Below, one piece after another: positions 1-10,105 of a stretch of 49,792 nt of DNA. A model generated the notes under the pieces. It was not told the origin of the DNA. It ran no database searches and worked only from the letters and a program-made list of their open reading frames with translations. The position numbers and the translations under genes were made by a program. The DNA is from Cyanophyceae cyanobacterium (GTDB lineage Bacteria; Cyanobacteriota; Cyanobacteriia; Cyanobacteriales; JBHJGN01): the NCBI GenBank assembly GCA_050331735.1, contig JBHJGN010000003.1, positions 1 to 49,792 on the forward strand, written 5' to 3'. Position 1 is the stretch's first letter; each line of letters starts with the position of its first letter.

Positions 1-432
1 GAGACAGTTTTCTCCCAAGACCGCTAAAAAAGTTGATTTGCTCATCAAAATAGCGATGTATCTCATAAATCCTCAGCATTTGCGTAACTGGTTTACCCAC
101 TGCTGTTATTGTCCCTCATAAACCTGCAAAGCGCTGTAAGTATTGATACTGACTTGCATATTTTAACCCTTGGCAACCAGTTCTTAACAACAATGGTAAA
201 GACATTAAAACATCCGCAGCAGCATAGTCTTGAACAAAACTGCTATTTTTGGAAGATTCTCATTATTTGCTTGAGTGATCTGCTTTTGGTACAGCAATTC
301 TTCGTGGAGTGGAGTTGCCGGGGTCTAAATGTCAACTTTCAGAGCAGAGAATTCTGCCAGCCGGCTAGTGGCTACTGCTCGTTTCTCTCTTGTCTCCTAA
401 GCGCTCCTCATCATTATCTCTATCTCAGATGT

Positions 433-551
433 CACTGTGAATATTGCCTTGACTACTTCGGTTGACCCGCAGCGGGGGCAGGGTGGCAGAGGCGATGTCA
501 TCTCAATCTAGCATTTGACTACCCCCCTATCCTGACATCTTGTGGACTACC
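433..551 (-). mobile_element. Probable IS1-family remnant (InsA zinc-finger start plus IR-like ends)
   Basis: Minus-strand ATG at 501 reads MTSPLPPCPRCGSTEVVK, then GNIHS after a frameshift, resembling IS1 InsA N-termini. GGTAGTC motifs on the minus strand end at 523 and 551. Confidence 0.55.
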
Positions 552-782
552 CTCGTCATCAAATAAGATACTGGCGAAGCGCTAAAATTCCTATTCCCGT
601 GACAAGCAAAGGGGCATGACGGAATTTTCCCCTTGGGACGCACAATCTGCGTAATTTCTGTAATTGTCAATCCTGGCAACTTTCTATGGCCTTCCACTTT
701 GCTGGACCTATCAGGGGGAGCGTTGCTTGCTTGCGGTAGGAGTCCCGGATGGACACGTCAAGAAATCAGAACGGATTCAGGA

Positions 783-1628
783 CTAGCTTGCTTGTCCTCT
801 CCAGATGGCGTCTGCTACGCGACACACATCACTCATCTCAGCAACATCATGAACCCGGACAATATCTGCTCCTCCAGCGATCGCACTGGCAATCGCCGCT
901 GCTGTTCCCCACACCCGAAGCTTAGGATTCTCCTGGTTGAGAACCCGTCCGATAAAGCTTTTGCGGGAAGGACCGACTAATAGGGGGACATTGAGCCGCC
1001 TCAATTCCGGCAGTCGTCGCAGCAGCTCTAAACTTTGAGGGGCGGCTTTCGCAAAGCCGATGCCCGGATCGATGACGATCTGCGATCGCGCCACGCCAGC
1101 ATCGAGGGCACTCTGAATCTGGCGCTCCAGAAAGCAGCAGATTTCCCCGACTAAATCCTGGTAGGCGGTGAGCTGCTGCATCGTTTGAGGCGTACCCCGG
1201 ATGTGCATTAATATAATTGGAACGCCTAATCGAGCGACAGTCGGCAACATCAGCGGGTCGAAAGTGCCGCCCGAAATATCGTTGACGAGATCCGCCCCCG
1301 CCTCAACAGCCGCTTGAGCCACTGAGGCTCTGGTTGTGTCAACCGAAAGGGGAATGTCGAGGTGCGATCGCACCTCCTGAATCACGGGGATGACTCGATT
1401 GAACTCCTCTTCCGGAGCGATCTGCTCCGCCCCGGGACGAGTAGACTGACCCCCGATATCCAAAATATCGGCTCCTGCCTCGACAAGCCTGTGAGCTTGA
1501 ACTAGCGACGCCTCTAGCGTATTAAACTCGCCCCCATCGCTAAAACTGTCAGGAGTCACGTTTAAGACCCCCATGAGGTAGGTCCGTTTGCCCCAGTCAA
1601 ACGCATGGGTTCTGATCTTCAATGTCAT
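783..1628 (-). CDS. folP: Dihydropteroate synthase
   Basis: MGVLNVTPDSFSDGG, DIGGQSTRPGA, DPGIGF, GPSRKSFI and VRVHDV motifs. Confidence 0.97.
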   Translation of the reverse strand: MTLKIRTHAFDWGKRTYLMGVLNVTPDSFSDGGEFNTLEASLVQAHRLVEAGADILDIGGQSTRPGAEQIAPEEEFNRVIPVIQEVRSHLDIPLSVDTTRASVAQAAVEAGADLVNDISGGTFDPLMLPTVARLGVPIILMHIRGTPQTMQQLTAYQDLVGEICCFLERQIQSALDAGVARSQIVIDPGIGFAKAAPQSLELLRRLPELRRLNVPLLVGPSRKSFIGRVLNQENPKLRVWGTAAAIASAIAGGADIVRVHDVAEMSDVCRVADAIWRGQAS

Positions 1629-1645
1629 CTTTTTAAGGAACCGAG

Positions 1646-2368
1646 CTATTGATAGTTAACGATCCGACCAAAGCTGTCTGGCTTCAGACTAGCACCACCA
1701 ACTAAAGCGCCATCAATTTCTGGTTGCGCCATGATTTCATCAATGTTGTTTGGTTTAACCGAGCCTCCGTACTGAATAGCAACATCAGGATGATCGAGCA
1801 AAGAACGAATCAAACCAGTAATGCGGTTGGCCTCTGATGCATCGCAGGTATCGCCACTGCCAATGGCCCAGATTGGTTCGTAAGCAATGACCAACTGATG
1901 CAAGTCGATATTTACTAGAGCAGTTTTAATTTGACTGATAATGACTGTCTCTGTTTGCTCGGCATCTCGCTGAGCTTTTGTTTCTCCGACGCACAAAATC
2001 GGAATTAACCCGTGGCGCTGAGCCGCCTTCAGACGGAGATTCACCGTTTCGTCAGTTTCTCCAAAGTGCTGTCGGCGTTCGCTATGACCAACAATGACGT
2101 AGCTTACTCCCAATTCTGTAAGCATGGAGCCAGCCACTTCTCCTGTATAGGCTCCGGTATCTTCCCAGTGAATGTTTTGTGCTCCCAACTGCACCCGACT
2201 TTCGTACAGATGCTTAGACATGACTGCCAGCGCGGTAAAGGGAACGCAGAGAACAACTTCTCTGTCTTGAGTAGACTCAATCTCTGATTCAAACGCTTCC
2301 CAAAACTCCAAAGACTCTGCTTGAGTTTTGTTCATTTTCCAGTTTCCGGCAATAATTTTTTTGCGCAC
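1646..2368 (-). CDS. tpiA: Triose-phosphate isomerase
   Basis: [26 protein letters not shown] and LVGGASL motifs; GTG start. Confidence 0.98.
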   Translation of the reverse strand: MRKKIIAGNWKMNKTQAESLEFWEAFESEIESTQDREVVLCVPFTALAVMSKHLYESRVQLGAQNIHWEDTGAYTGEVAGSMLTELGVSYVIVGHSERRQHFGETDETVNLRLKAAQRHGLIPILCVGETKAQRDAEQTETVIISQIKTALVNIDLHQLVIAYEPIWAIGSGDTCDASEANRITGLIRSLLDHPDVAIQYGGSVKPNNIDEIMAQPEIDGALVGGASLKPDSFGRIVNYQ

Positions 2369-2765
2369 AGCTTAACGTGATAATGGTTTCTCGGCGGCAA
2401 TATTTTCCGCAAAATATAAGTTTAAATCTTTAGGGAAGTTAAGGCGAGATTAAATTACTAGAAGAATGGTGACCTACTGCTGAAAAAGTGACCATTTATT
2501 AGCCTCAGCCTTGGCTTCATCACTAAATGTTCATTTCTTAAAGCTATGCTGACTGATGAGAGCGGTAGCAGACAGAGCACGACCGGCACCTGTGGCAAAA
2601 AAGAGGTGGTTAGCCTGAGTTGGCGATCGTTTTAACAGCATTATTGGGAACTCTAGAGCTTAAGCGGCTAATTCAACCGAACACATCACTCGCCATCGAG
2701 CGGGTGAACGGCGCTCCTTAGTACGCGGCTGAACAAGTTCTATCGAGGTAACAGGAGCTCGCATA

Positions 2766-3119
2766 ATGCAAAGCGTTCAACACTACTGTGCCATTCTCGG
2801 CGTTAACTTCGATGCCCCTCCCGAACAGATCAGAGCTGCTTATCTAGCTCTGGTTAAGGTCTGGCATCCAGATCGCTTTACCGATTCTCCTCAGCTACAG
2901 CAGAAAGCGGAGGCAGAAATTAAAAAGATTAATCAAGCCTACGAAGCATTAAAATCTTGGTCGTGGGGAAAAACGACTGTTGGTAGTCCTACAGCCAACT
3001 CTCCACCATGCAGTAGTGAGTCCGACCGCCGCTGGAGTACTATCTTAAAAACCTATTCCAAACCCCAGGTTTGCTCTCGCACGGTTAGTCCTGACCTTTA
3101 CCAAAAATTCGGTCGTTGA
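2766..3119 (+). CDS. J-domain (DnaJ-like) protein, possibly truncated
   Basis: ILGV...WHPDRF...KKINQAYEAL J-domain; short tail overlaps the convergent gene by 35 bp. Confidence 0.75.
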   Translation: MQSVQHYCAILGVNFDAPPEQIRAAYLALVKVWHPDRFTDSPQLQQKAEAEIKKINQAYEALKSWSWGKTTVGSPTANSPPCSSESDRRWSTILKTYSKPQVCSRTVSPDLYQKFGR

Positions 3120-4014
3120 TTGACGCTGATTGCAGCATCTCTTGCTCAACAGTTGTCAACACCTTGGGCTGCATCTGATACAGCTCTTGCAGCACCGGCT
3201 CAACCCGCTCAAACTGGAAATACTCGGTGAGTGAACCAATCGGATAATTGTTGTCTTGATAGCGATGTTTGAAGTATCGTTCGACGTTGCCGCGATGCGG
3301 CCACGTCCCCAAGGTGCGGAGGGTAAGGTGCTGATAGTGCGATCGCAAGTCCCGTTCTACTTCAGCCATTCGTTCGGCAATAGCACGCTGCGTCACTCCA
3401 ATCTTGTACAGCGTTTTGCCATCAGCACAGACTTCTACAAAGTAGAGAGTGAGCCGCAGAATACGGCTAAACTGGGCGCGATACATCTTTAAGTCTGCTG
3501 CTCTCTGATTTAAGGTGGATAGATTGAGCATTTTGGCCCGCTGCCATCCTTGCGTTAACTCTGCTAGCCTGGTCAACAGGAGCGTTTCCTGTACCTGATT
3601 GAAGAGTCTTAACGGCAGCGCTCCCACTGGAATTTTGCCGAGGGAAGTAAACTGATAGCCGGGGGGCTGTTCATTATGCCAAACCAGCAACTTCGACAAT
3701 ACGAGTCGCATTGGCACCCAGGGAATTAAAGGTGCTTCCCCATACTCTCGCCACAGTTGCTTGAGCTGCTGTAGTTCTTGCCCTGATAGCTGAATGTTGA
3801 AGTCGTCGTACAGCGGTAGAGTCGGAACGCTGCGGCTAGCGACGGGCTGACAGGTAGCTTCGCTATGGGCAAAGTGGTGCTGTTTCACTTGACCCTTCTT
3901 AGCCGTCAGCAAGCCACCGCAGTACAAACAAACAAGCTGCGTCTTGCCTCGGGGAACTTCTTCAATTGATACTAGGCATTGGTTGTCTATATCAACGCCG
4001 TATTTGAGCCACAT
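3085..4014 (-). CDS. GIY-YIG-superfamily (T5orf172-like) nuclease with N-terminal CoiA-like zinc finger
   Basis: CLYCGG...HHFAH...C N-terminus; LYFVEV...LYKIGVT...ERM...VERYF...TEYF C-terminus. Confidence 0.75.
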   Translation of the reverse strand: MWLKYGVDIDNQCLVSIEEVPRGKTQLVCLYCGGLLTAKKGQVKQHHFAHSEATCQPVASRSVPTLPLYDDFNIQLSGQELQQLKQLWREYGEAPLIPWVPMRLVLSKLLVWHNEQPPGYQFTSLGKIPVGALPLRLFNQVQETLLLTRLAELTQGWQRAKMLNLSTLNQRAADLKMYRAQFSRILRLTLYFVEVCADGKTLYKIGVTQRAIAERMAEVERDLRSHYQHLTLRTLGTWPHRGNVERYFKHRYQDNNYPIGSLTEYFQFERVEPVLQELYQMQPKVLTTVEQEMLQSASINDRIFGKGQD

Positions 4015-4155
4015 CGAATTACTGTTTTTTTTTGAGATACTACTCAGATATCAAAAATGGGGAAAAGAGAAAGGGGGAATCGAGAGCCTTCAGGCGATCG
4101 CCCGCATCTGCTACGATAGCACCACGTTTCTTGTACCTGGTTAACCCCAATTACC

Positions 4156-4746
4156 ATGAAAATTCAACAGATTTCCGGCCAAGGAGTTCCCGTCATTGGC
4201 AACGATATCGACACCGACAGAATTATTCCCGCTCGTTTCCTGCGCTGCGTTACCTTCGATGGCTTAGGAGAGCAGGCGTTTGCTGATGATCGCACTCAAG
4301 AGGGAGGCAACCATCCCTTTGATTTACCTCAGTACCAAGGAGCTAAAATCTTAGTCGTTAACGGGAACTTTGGCTGTGGTTCCTCCCGCGAACACGCTCC
4401 CCAAGCGCTCTCTAAATGGGGAATTGAAGCCATTATCGGGGAAAGTTTTGCCGAAATCTTTTTTGGTAACTGTGTCGCTATTGGCATTCCTTGCGTGACG
4501 GCAGAAGCTCGCATCATTAACCAGATCCAAACGCTGCTTGAACGTGAACCGCAGATGGCAATGAGCGTAGATTTAGACACCATGCAGGTTAACTATGGTG
4601 ACTTTCATGCCGCTATTAATTTAGGCACAGGTTCTAGGCAAATGCTGCTCTCTGGCACCTGGGACAACTGCCAACAGCTCGTTAACCATACTGATGCGAT
4701 TAAAAAAACTGCCTCTCAGCTACCTTACCTGAGCTGGAGCCGTTAG
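4156..4746 (+). CDS. leuD: 3-isopropylmalate dehydratase small subunit
   Basis: [25 protein letters not shown] and SFAEIF motifs. Confidence 0.97.
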   Translation: MKIQQISGQGVPVIGNDIDTDRIIPARFLRCVTFDGLGEQAFADDRTQEGGNHPFDLPQYQGAKILVVNGNFGCGSSREHAPQALSKWGIEAIIGESFAEIFFGNCVAIGIPCVTAEARIINQIQTLLEREPQMAMSVDLDTMQVNYGDFHAAINLGTGSRQMLLSGTWDNCQQLVNHTDAIKKTASQLPYLSWSR

Positions 4747-4907
4747 CGCCGCAGGCGGAAGCCGCTGCCGCGGCGGGAAAAGGACAAAGGGGAAGGGGAA
4801 ACGGGTATGTCCCTCTGGAATGGGTCAAGAACACAGGGCTAAGGAATACATTGAATCACTCCCCCATTCCCCCTTCCCCGTCCCAAAGGGACATGCGCCG
4901 ACGGCGC
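4746..4907 (+). repeat. Modular hairpin/heptamer element, copy A
   Basis: Bounded by perfect IR TAGCGCCG/CGGCGCTA that includes the leuD and guaA stop codons; core AAGAACACA+24 nt at 4827-4859. Confidence 0.9.
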
Positions 4908-6523
4908 TACTCCCATTCAATCGTGCCAGGAGGCTTGGAGGTAATGTCGTAGACGACTCGATTGACTCCTTGGACTTCATTAACGATGCGGTTAGAAATG
5001 GTTTCTAGTAAGTCGTAGGGAACGCGGGACCAGTCTGCCGTCATGCCGTCTTCACTCGAGATCAGGCGCAGCACGACGGGGTAAGCGTAGGTGCGCTGAT
5101 CTCCCATGACTCCCACACTGCGAATCGGCAGCAGCACAGCAAAAGCTTGCCAAAAATCGTGGTACATCCCCTGCTGCTGAATTTCATCGCGCACTACATA
5201 GTCAGCATCTCGAAGAATATTAAGCCTGTCTGCTGTGACTTCCCCAATAATCCGAATCGCTAATCCTGGTCCAGGGAAAGGATGACGACGAACAATTTCT
5301 TCCGGTAAGCCGATGGAGCGTCCTACTTTACGCACTTCGTCTTTAAAGAGCTTGCGCAGGGGTTCTACTAGCTTGAAGCGGAGGTTCTTAGGCAGTCCGC
5401 CGACGTTGTGGTGACTTTTAATCTTTACCGCTACCCGTTCTCCCGTCTGCGGATCGACGTTAGTATCGGCAGATTCAATGACATCAGGATACAGAGTGCC
5501 TTGAGCAAGGTAGTCAAACGGACCAAGCCGCTGAGATTCTTCTTCAAAAACCTGAATAAATTCGTGACCGATACGGCGGCGCTTTTCTTCTGGATCGGTA
5601 ACGTCGCAAATCCGAGTCAGAAAGCGCTCTCGGGCGTTAACGTACTCCACCGGAATATGAAATTCTTCCTTGAAGAGTTTCACTAGGCGCTCTGGCTCTC
5701 CTTTACGCATAAAGCCCTGGTCGATGAACATGCAGGTGAGCTGGTCGCCGATTGCTTCGTGCAGTAAGAACGCCAGAGTGGAAGAATCAACACCGCCAGA
5801 CAGGGCCAGCAGCACCCGCTTATGACCCACTTTCCCCCGAATTTCTCGGATGGCTTCCTCAACAAATGCCTCCGTTGTCCAGGTGGGTTCACATTCGCAG
5901 ATATGATAAACAAAGTTGCGAATCAGCGCAATACCGCCTTCAGAATGAACCACTTCTGGATGAAACTGAACGCCGTAGAGTTTCTTGTCCTGGTTAGCGA
6001 TCGCCGCGCAGGGCGTATTTTCCGTATGAGCGAGAACAGAAAAACCGGCTGGCAAAGCAGTACAGGAATCACCGTGACTCATCCACATGGTTGAGCCGCT
6101 ACCTACGTTCGTCAGCAGATCCGTCGGATCGTCAATGCAGAGAGCTGCTTTGCCGTATTCCCCCCGTTCAGCTCGCTCTACTTCTCCGCCCAACTGCTGC
6201 ACCATCAACTGCATACCGTAGCAAACCCCCAAAATCGGAACGCCGAGGTGCCAAATTTCCGGATCGCATTGAGGAGCTCTGCGATCGTAGACAGAGTTGG
6301 GCCCTCCCGAAAGAATAATGCCCTTCAGACCCAGTTTTTTAATTTGCTCTGCGCTAGTCCGGTAGGAGAGGACTTCTGAGTACACTTGAGTCTCGCGGAT
6401 GCGACGAGCGATTAACTCGGAATATTGCGAGCCAAAGTCTAAAATCGCAATCATCTGACGATTTACGCTCCCTAGCGGCTCTGTTGGTCTCTCGCTTTGA
6501 ATGCTTGCTGTTTGAGTAGTCAC
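4907..6523 (-). CDS. guaA: GMP synthase (glutamine-hydrolyzing)
   Basis: [38 protein letters not shown] and KPPGTIEWE motifs. Confidence 0.99.
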   Translation of the reverse strand: MTTQTASIQSERPTEPLGSVNRQMIAILDFGSQYSELIARRIRETQVYSEVLSYRTSAEQIKKLGLKGIILSGGPNSVYDRRAPQCDPEIWHLGVPILGVCYGMQLMVQQLGGEVERAERGEYGKAALCIDDPTDLLTNVGSGSTMWMSHGDSCTALPAGFSVLAHTENTPCAAIANQDKKLYGVQFHPEVVHSEGGIALIRNFVYHICECEPTWTTEAFVEEAIREIRGKVGHKRVLLALSGGVDSSTLAFLLHEAIGDQLTCMFIDQGFMRKGEPERLVKLFKEEFHIPVEYVNARERFLTRICDVTDPEEKRRRIGHEFIQVFEEESQRLGPFDYLAQGTLYPDVIESADTNVDPQTGERVAVKIKSHHNVGGLPKNLRFKLVEPLRKLFKDEVRKVGRSIGLPEEIVRRHPFPGPGLAIRIIGEVTADRLNILRDADYVVRDEIQQQGMYHDFWQAFAVLLPIRSVGVMGDQRTYAYPVVLRLISSEDGMTADWSRVPYDLLETISNRIVNEVQGVNRVVYDITSKPPGTIEWE

Positions 6524-6651
6524 AATAGATTCTGGTGGCGTAGATGAACTAAAGTATCAATAAGAACGAAACCGAAACTGCTGCCTTCCTCGATTTAAAA
6601 TCAAAGAGGCAATCTCAGATTTTTAATTAAACTTAATATATTTAAATTATC

Positions 6652-7770
6652 CTAGCACAGCTTAGACAACATTGTAGTGCCGTTAGCGCTAGAAACGATT
6701 ACGGTACGATTGCGATCGAACAGGACAGAACCGATGCTGACATCTCGTTCGGCGTGCTTGCGGATGTAGTCTTGGGTGCGCCGATCGATCGTGGCGGCGA
6801 TCGCACCGTAAACCTGTGCTACCCAAGTCCTGTTTGTTTCCCGATCTAGCTGGCGCAGCCGCTGTAAGGCAGCTTCTGTTGTCGCGCTCGCAAATACCTG
6901 CTTCAGTACGGGGGGGGGTAAACCAAGGTTCGCACAGTGAGCCGTGAGCACTTCTAATCTGCCATCGGCTAAATGATGATGGGTATGAAAAATTCCTCCT
7001 GCTAGCTTGATGAGTTTTCCGTGATAGCCAAACAGCAAAATTTCCGCCACGTCTAGACCCCCCGCAGCGACGAGTAGGGGGCCCAGCCAGTTAGCCGTTT
7101 TGACGAGCTGCTGAGGCTTAATCCCGAAGCGCTGTGCCAGCTCAAGACCGTTTTCGCCAACGCAAAATACCAAGCAATTGTGCTGTGCTTTCGCTGCCAG
7201 CTCCTCCCGGTAAGCCGCCAACTGCCCCGGCGCACTGAGCGGTTGGGCGATGCCGCTCGTTCCCAGTAAAGATAGCCCTTCGACAACTCCAAATGCAGCA
7301 TTAGAAGTTCTCTGAGCTAGCCTGCGCCCTTCCGGTAAGATAATTGTGACAGCCATCTTTTCTCCTGGCTGGAGGTGTCGCTGCAAATTTTCTCTAAGAA
7401 GCCGCTGCGCATAGCGATAAATAGCGGCTCCACCATCGGCAATCAGTCGTCCCACACCCTCTCCACCTTTGAGGGTGATGGCAGGAGGGGTATCGAGCTC
7501 AGGCAGCGCAGAAAAAAGCTCAACTAACGCCCAAACCGGCGTGTGACGAGTGAGATCGAGATTGTCCCCCGGATCGCTGCGGGTAATAGCGAGGGCTACG
7601 TTAGGACTGATGGGGGCAACTTGCTCGATGGGAATAGCAACGATTTGAGGCGGTTCGATCAGATCGACGCTCACAGTCGGATGAGATTCCTGACGCAAGC
7701 ACTGAAGAGCCGCCATAGCGGCGGCGCAGGCAAACACGGGGAGAGTATAGCCAGAGCGAGGCTGATTCAT
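6652..7770 (-). CDS. cbiD: Cobalt-precorrin-5B C1-methyltransferase
   Basis: RSGYTLP, DPGDNLDLT, GGEGVG, GLSLLGTSGI and GYHGKLIKLAGGIFHTH motifs. Confidence 0.95.
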   Translation of the reverse strand: MNQPRSGYTLPVFACAAAMAALQCLRQESHPTVSVDLIEPPQIVAIPIEQVAPISPNVALAITRSDPGDNLDLTRHTPVWALVELFSALPELDTPPAITLKGGEGVGRLIADGGAAIYRYAQRLLRENLQRHLQPGEKMAVTIILPEGRRLAQRTSNAAFGVVEGLSLLGTSGIAQPLSAPGQLAAYREELAAKAQHNCLVFCVGENGLELAQRFGIKPQQLVKTANWLGPLLVAAGGLDVAEILLFGYHGKLIKLAGGIFHTHHHLADGRLEVLTAHCANLGLPPPVLKQVFASATTEAALQRLRQLDRETNRTWVAQVYGAIAATIDRRTQDYIRKHAERDVSIGSVLFDRNRTVIVSSANGTTMLSKLC

Positions 7771-7788
7771 TCGTTCAGTCCAGACAAA

Positions 7789-8247
7789 CTATTCATATCG
7801 TCTGCCGTCTTTGTGGGTAAACGCCCATCCTTGGGACTCTTTTTGAGCCACTAAATCGGCATCTGGGTAATAAACTTGATCTCCGAGGGAGCGATCGCCA
7901 ATTTCTAGATAAACAGCGATCGCATCTGAGCGATTGATCAAATGATGACCGTTGGCCTCTGCTGCTGGAAACCCAGCAGCATCTCCAGGTTTTAACAATT
8001 GTTCCCCATCGTCGCTAACCAGAGTGACTTCTCCCTCTAGCAGGTAAATCAACTCATCTTGCTGGGAGTGCCAGTGTCTTACAGAAGAGGCGCTTCCAGG
8101 CGCTAATTTGACCAGATTAACGCCAAAGTTTTTAAGCTGAGCCGCTTCTCCTAATCGCTTTCTGGTGCGTCCAGCCACAATCGCTTTGAAAGGTTCTGGA
8201 TAATTGGTTCCGGTGGTTTCTGGAACGTTTTTTGGGTTGATCAGCAT
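7789..8247 (-). CDS. Cupin domain protein
   Basis: FGVN...RHWH...DE...LEGE...GHHLIN cupin motifs. Confidence 0.9.
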   Translation of the reverse strand: MLINPKNVPETTGTNYPEPFKAIVAGRTRKRLGEAAQLKNFGVNLVKLAPGSASSVRHWHSQQDELIYLLEGEVTLVSDDGEQLLKPGDAAGFPAAEANGHHLINRSDAIAVYLEIGDRSLGDQVYYPDADLVAQKESQGWAFTHKDGRRYE

Positions 8248-8660
8248 GGGAGCTACAGTGTTAATTTTAATAGAGGAAAAAAACTATTTTTCAGACAGTA
8301 CAAGAGTTTGCCTTCAGCTTAACTGGACTAACTTGCTTTCATAAAATTAAGGAAAAGAAAACTGCCCTCAGCAATGCCACTATTTTTGTCCTTTAGAGTA
8401 CTGGCTAATTCCATTCCCTCTGTTCCAACAGCAATAAATTTTTACTAGCTTAGTTTCTGCAAACTTAATGAATATCAAGCTGTCAAAAAACTGCTAGTTT
8501 TGTTTTGCTTTTAATTGTTAGCTGTTTCCCACAGTTTGCTATTCTTCTATGGCAGGCAAATCAAGTTTATCTCTTTAAATCAAACCAGATCGAAGCATGA
8601 ATTAGTACGGTTGCTTGTATTGCCTCCTATTATCAGCGTTCGTCAAACCTTTAGCAATTA

Positions 8661-8703
8661 GTAGCATCAAATACAGTTTTCACAATGGTGCTGAGATTAG
8701 ATT
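8661..8703 (+). promoter_or_regulatory. NtcA-activated (class II) promoter
   Basis: GTA-GCATCAAA-TAC at 8661-8674, 23 nt spacer, TAGATT (TAN3T) at 8698-8703, 43 nt before the ATG. Confidence 0.7.
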
Positions 8704-8746
8704 TTTGGTGTCAGCGATCGCGATTGGTTTTTAGTAACAAATCAAC

Positions 8747-9805
8747 ATGCAGGCTTCATTTAAAAGAATTGTCATTGGAGCAACATTTTTTGTCCTCACC
8801 ATCATTATTGCAGTTGTTGGTTATATTTTCTTCGGTTGGACGTTACTAGAAGCTATCTACATGGTTGTTATCACCATTTTTGGGGTGGGGTATGGAGAAG
8901 TTCAACCGTTGGAAACGGCAGCAGAAAAAATTTTTACAATTTTGGTGATTATTGCTGGCACATCGTCAGCAGTCTATATCGTGGGAGGATTTGTACAAAT
9001 GGTGGCAGAAGGAGAAATTAACCGGGTTCTAGACACCCATCGTAAAGCCAAAGAAATCCAAAAACTCGACAACCATACCATTATCTGTGGTTTTGGGCGC
9101 ATGGGGCAGATCCTAGCGCAACAGCTAAAAGATGCCAGACAACAGTTTGTGATTATCGATTGTGACAGCGAGTTGATGCGTGGCGCTGAACAAATGGGTT
9201 ATTTAACCCAAGTAGGCAATGCCACCAATGAAATCATTCTCCAGGCGGCGGGAATAGACAAAGCAAGAGTCTTAGCGACAGTGCTCCCAGACGATGCCGA
9301 CAACGTATTTATTACTCTCACTGCTCGCGGCTTGAATCCTCAGCTATCAATTCTAGCCCGCGGCGAATTGCCAAGTACTGAAAACAAATTGAAATTAGCG
9401 GGAGCAGATCGAGTCGTGTTGCCAGCGACTATCAGTGCTATGCGGATGGCAACTCTAATTACGCGTCCTACTGCCATCGACTTCCTCGAAAGTGGTGACG
9501 AACGCAACCTTCTGGAGGAAGTTTTAGGACAAATTAATGTTCGACTCGATGAATTAGTAATTTCTCCAGGCTCACCCCTTGTTGGCAGAACAATGAATCG
9601 ATTGGAAGTACAAGGTCGAGGATCATTCATCACCATTGCTCTCTGTCGCCAAGACGGAACTTTGGTTAAAAATCCCCAACCTGGAGTTGTTTTAGAAGCG
9701 GGAGATAGGGTAATTGTCCTCGGACATCAAGGGGATCTTCCTCGAATTGCCAAAGCCAACGAATTAAAGAGTAAAATGCGCTATCGAGGCTCTCGAATGA
9801 GTTGA
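8747..9805 (+). CDS. Two-TM K+-channel-like protein with RCK (TrkA-N/TrkA-C) domains and non-canonical filter
   Basis: TM-pore-TM with TIFGVGYGE; ICGFGRMG Rossmann motif; C-terminal TrkA-C-like region. Confidence 0.9.
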   Translation: MQASFKRIVIGATFFVLTIIIAVVGYIFFGWTLLEAIYMVVITIFGVGYGEVQPLETAAEKIFTILVIIAGTSSAVYIVGGFVQMVAEGEINRVLDTHRKAKEIQKLDNHTIICGFGRMGQILAQQLKDARQQFVIIDCDSELMRGAEQMGYLTQVGNATNEIILQAAGIDKARVLATVLPDDADNVFITLTARGLNPQLSILARGELPSTENKLKLAGADRVVLPATISAMRMATLITRPTAIDFLESGDERNLLEEVLGQINVRLDELVISPGSPLVGRTMNRLEVQGRGSFITIALCRQDGTLVKNPQPGVVLEAGDRVIVLGHQGDLPRIAKANELKSKMRYRGSRMS

Positions 9806-9999
9806 TTTCGCGATCAAATCCCTATCGTTTCGGTTGAGCTCTTAATTGGGTTGCTCACGTTAGGTTTAGCTGCATTGAGCAAGAGGATGAAAATATCTAA
9901 GTAAAATGGGGAGGCCAGTTTTCTTGGGAGATTAGGGTTGGTGTCACGGTAAGCCCTCTGTGCGTTCAGGGATGCTAGCACATTTATGAGAACAAAAAA

Positions 10000-10013
10000 G
10001 TAACGTGAACGAC
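10000..10013 (+). promoter_or_regulatory. Imperfect NtcA site upstream of amt
   Basis: A-tract followed by GTA-ACGTGAAC-GAC (one mismatch to GTA-N8-TAC); no clean -10 box at the expected spacing. Confidence 0.4.
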
Positions 10014-10105
10014 AGTAAAAGGAATAAAAAAGGTAGAAACTGAGTCGGAAACCGGTTTGTGATTGTGTACAAACTAGAAATATAGGTGTCAGCATAGAAA
10101 AACAA

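Noticed and set aside
109..980. ORFs 109-465 and 633-980
   Set aside because: TTG starts, no recognisable motifs, and overlap with the IS remnant or antisense overlap with folP.
2369..2765. Possible ncRNA or gene relic in the tpiA-J-domain intergenic region
   Set aside because: No recognisable structure, motif or ORF that I can support.
4820..5008. Short ORFs over repeats (also 11499-11726, 22432-22800, 23650-23978, 24807-25007, 37000-37197)
   Set aside because: Translations such as PFPLSPFP or GKGE are by-products of the stop-poor heptamer arms.
6524..6651. Riboswitch upstream of guaA (also considered for cbiD and cobT)
   Set aside because: Only a weak hairpin near 6582-6611; no purine or cobalamin riboswitch consensus recognised by eye. 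An Rfam scan would be decisive.
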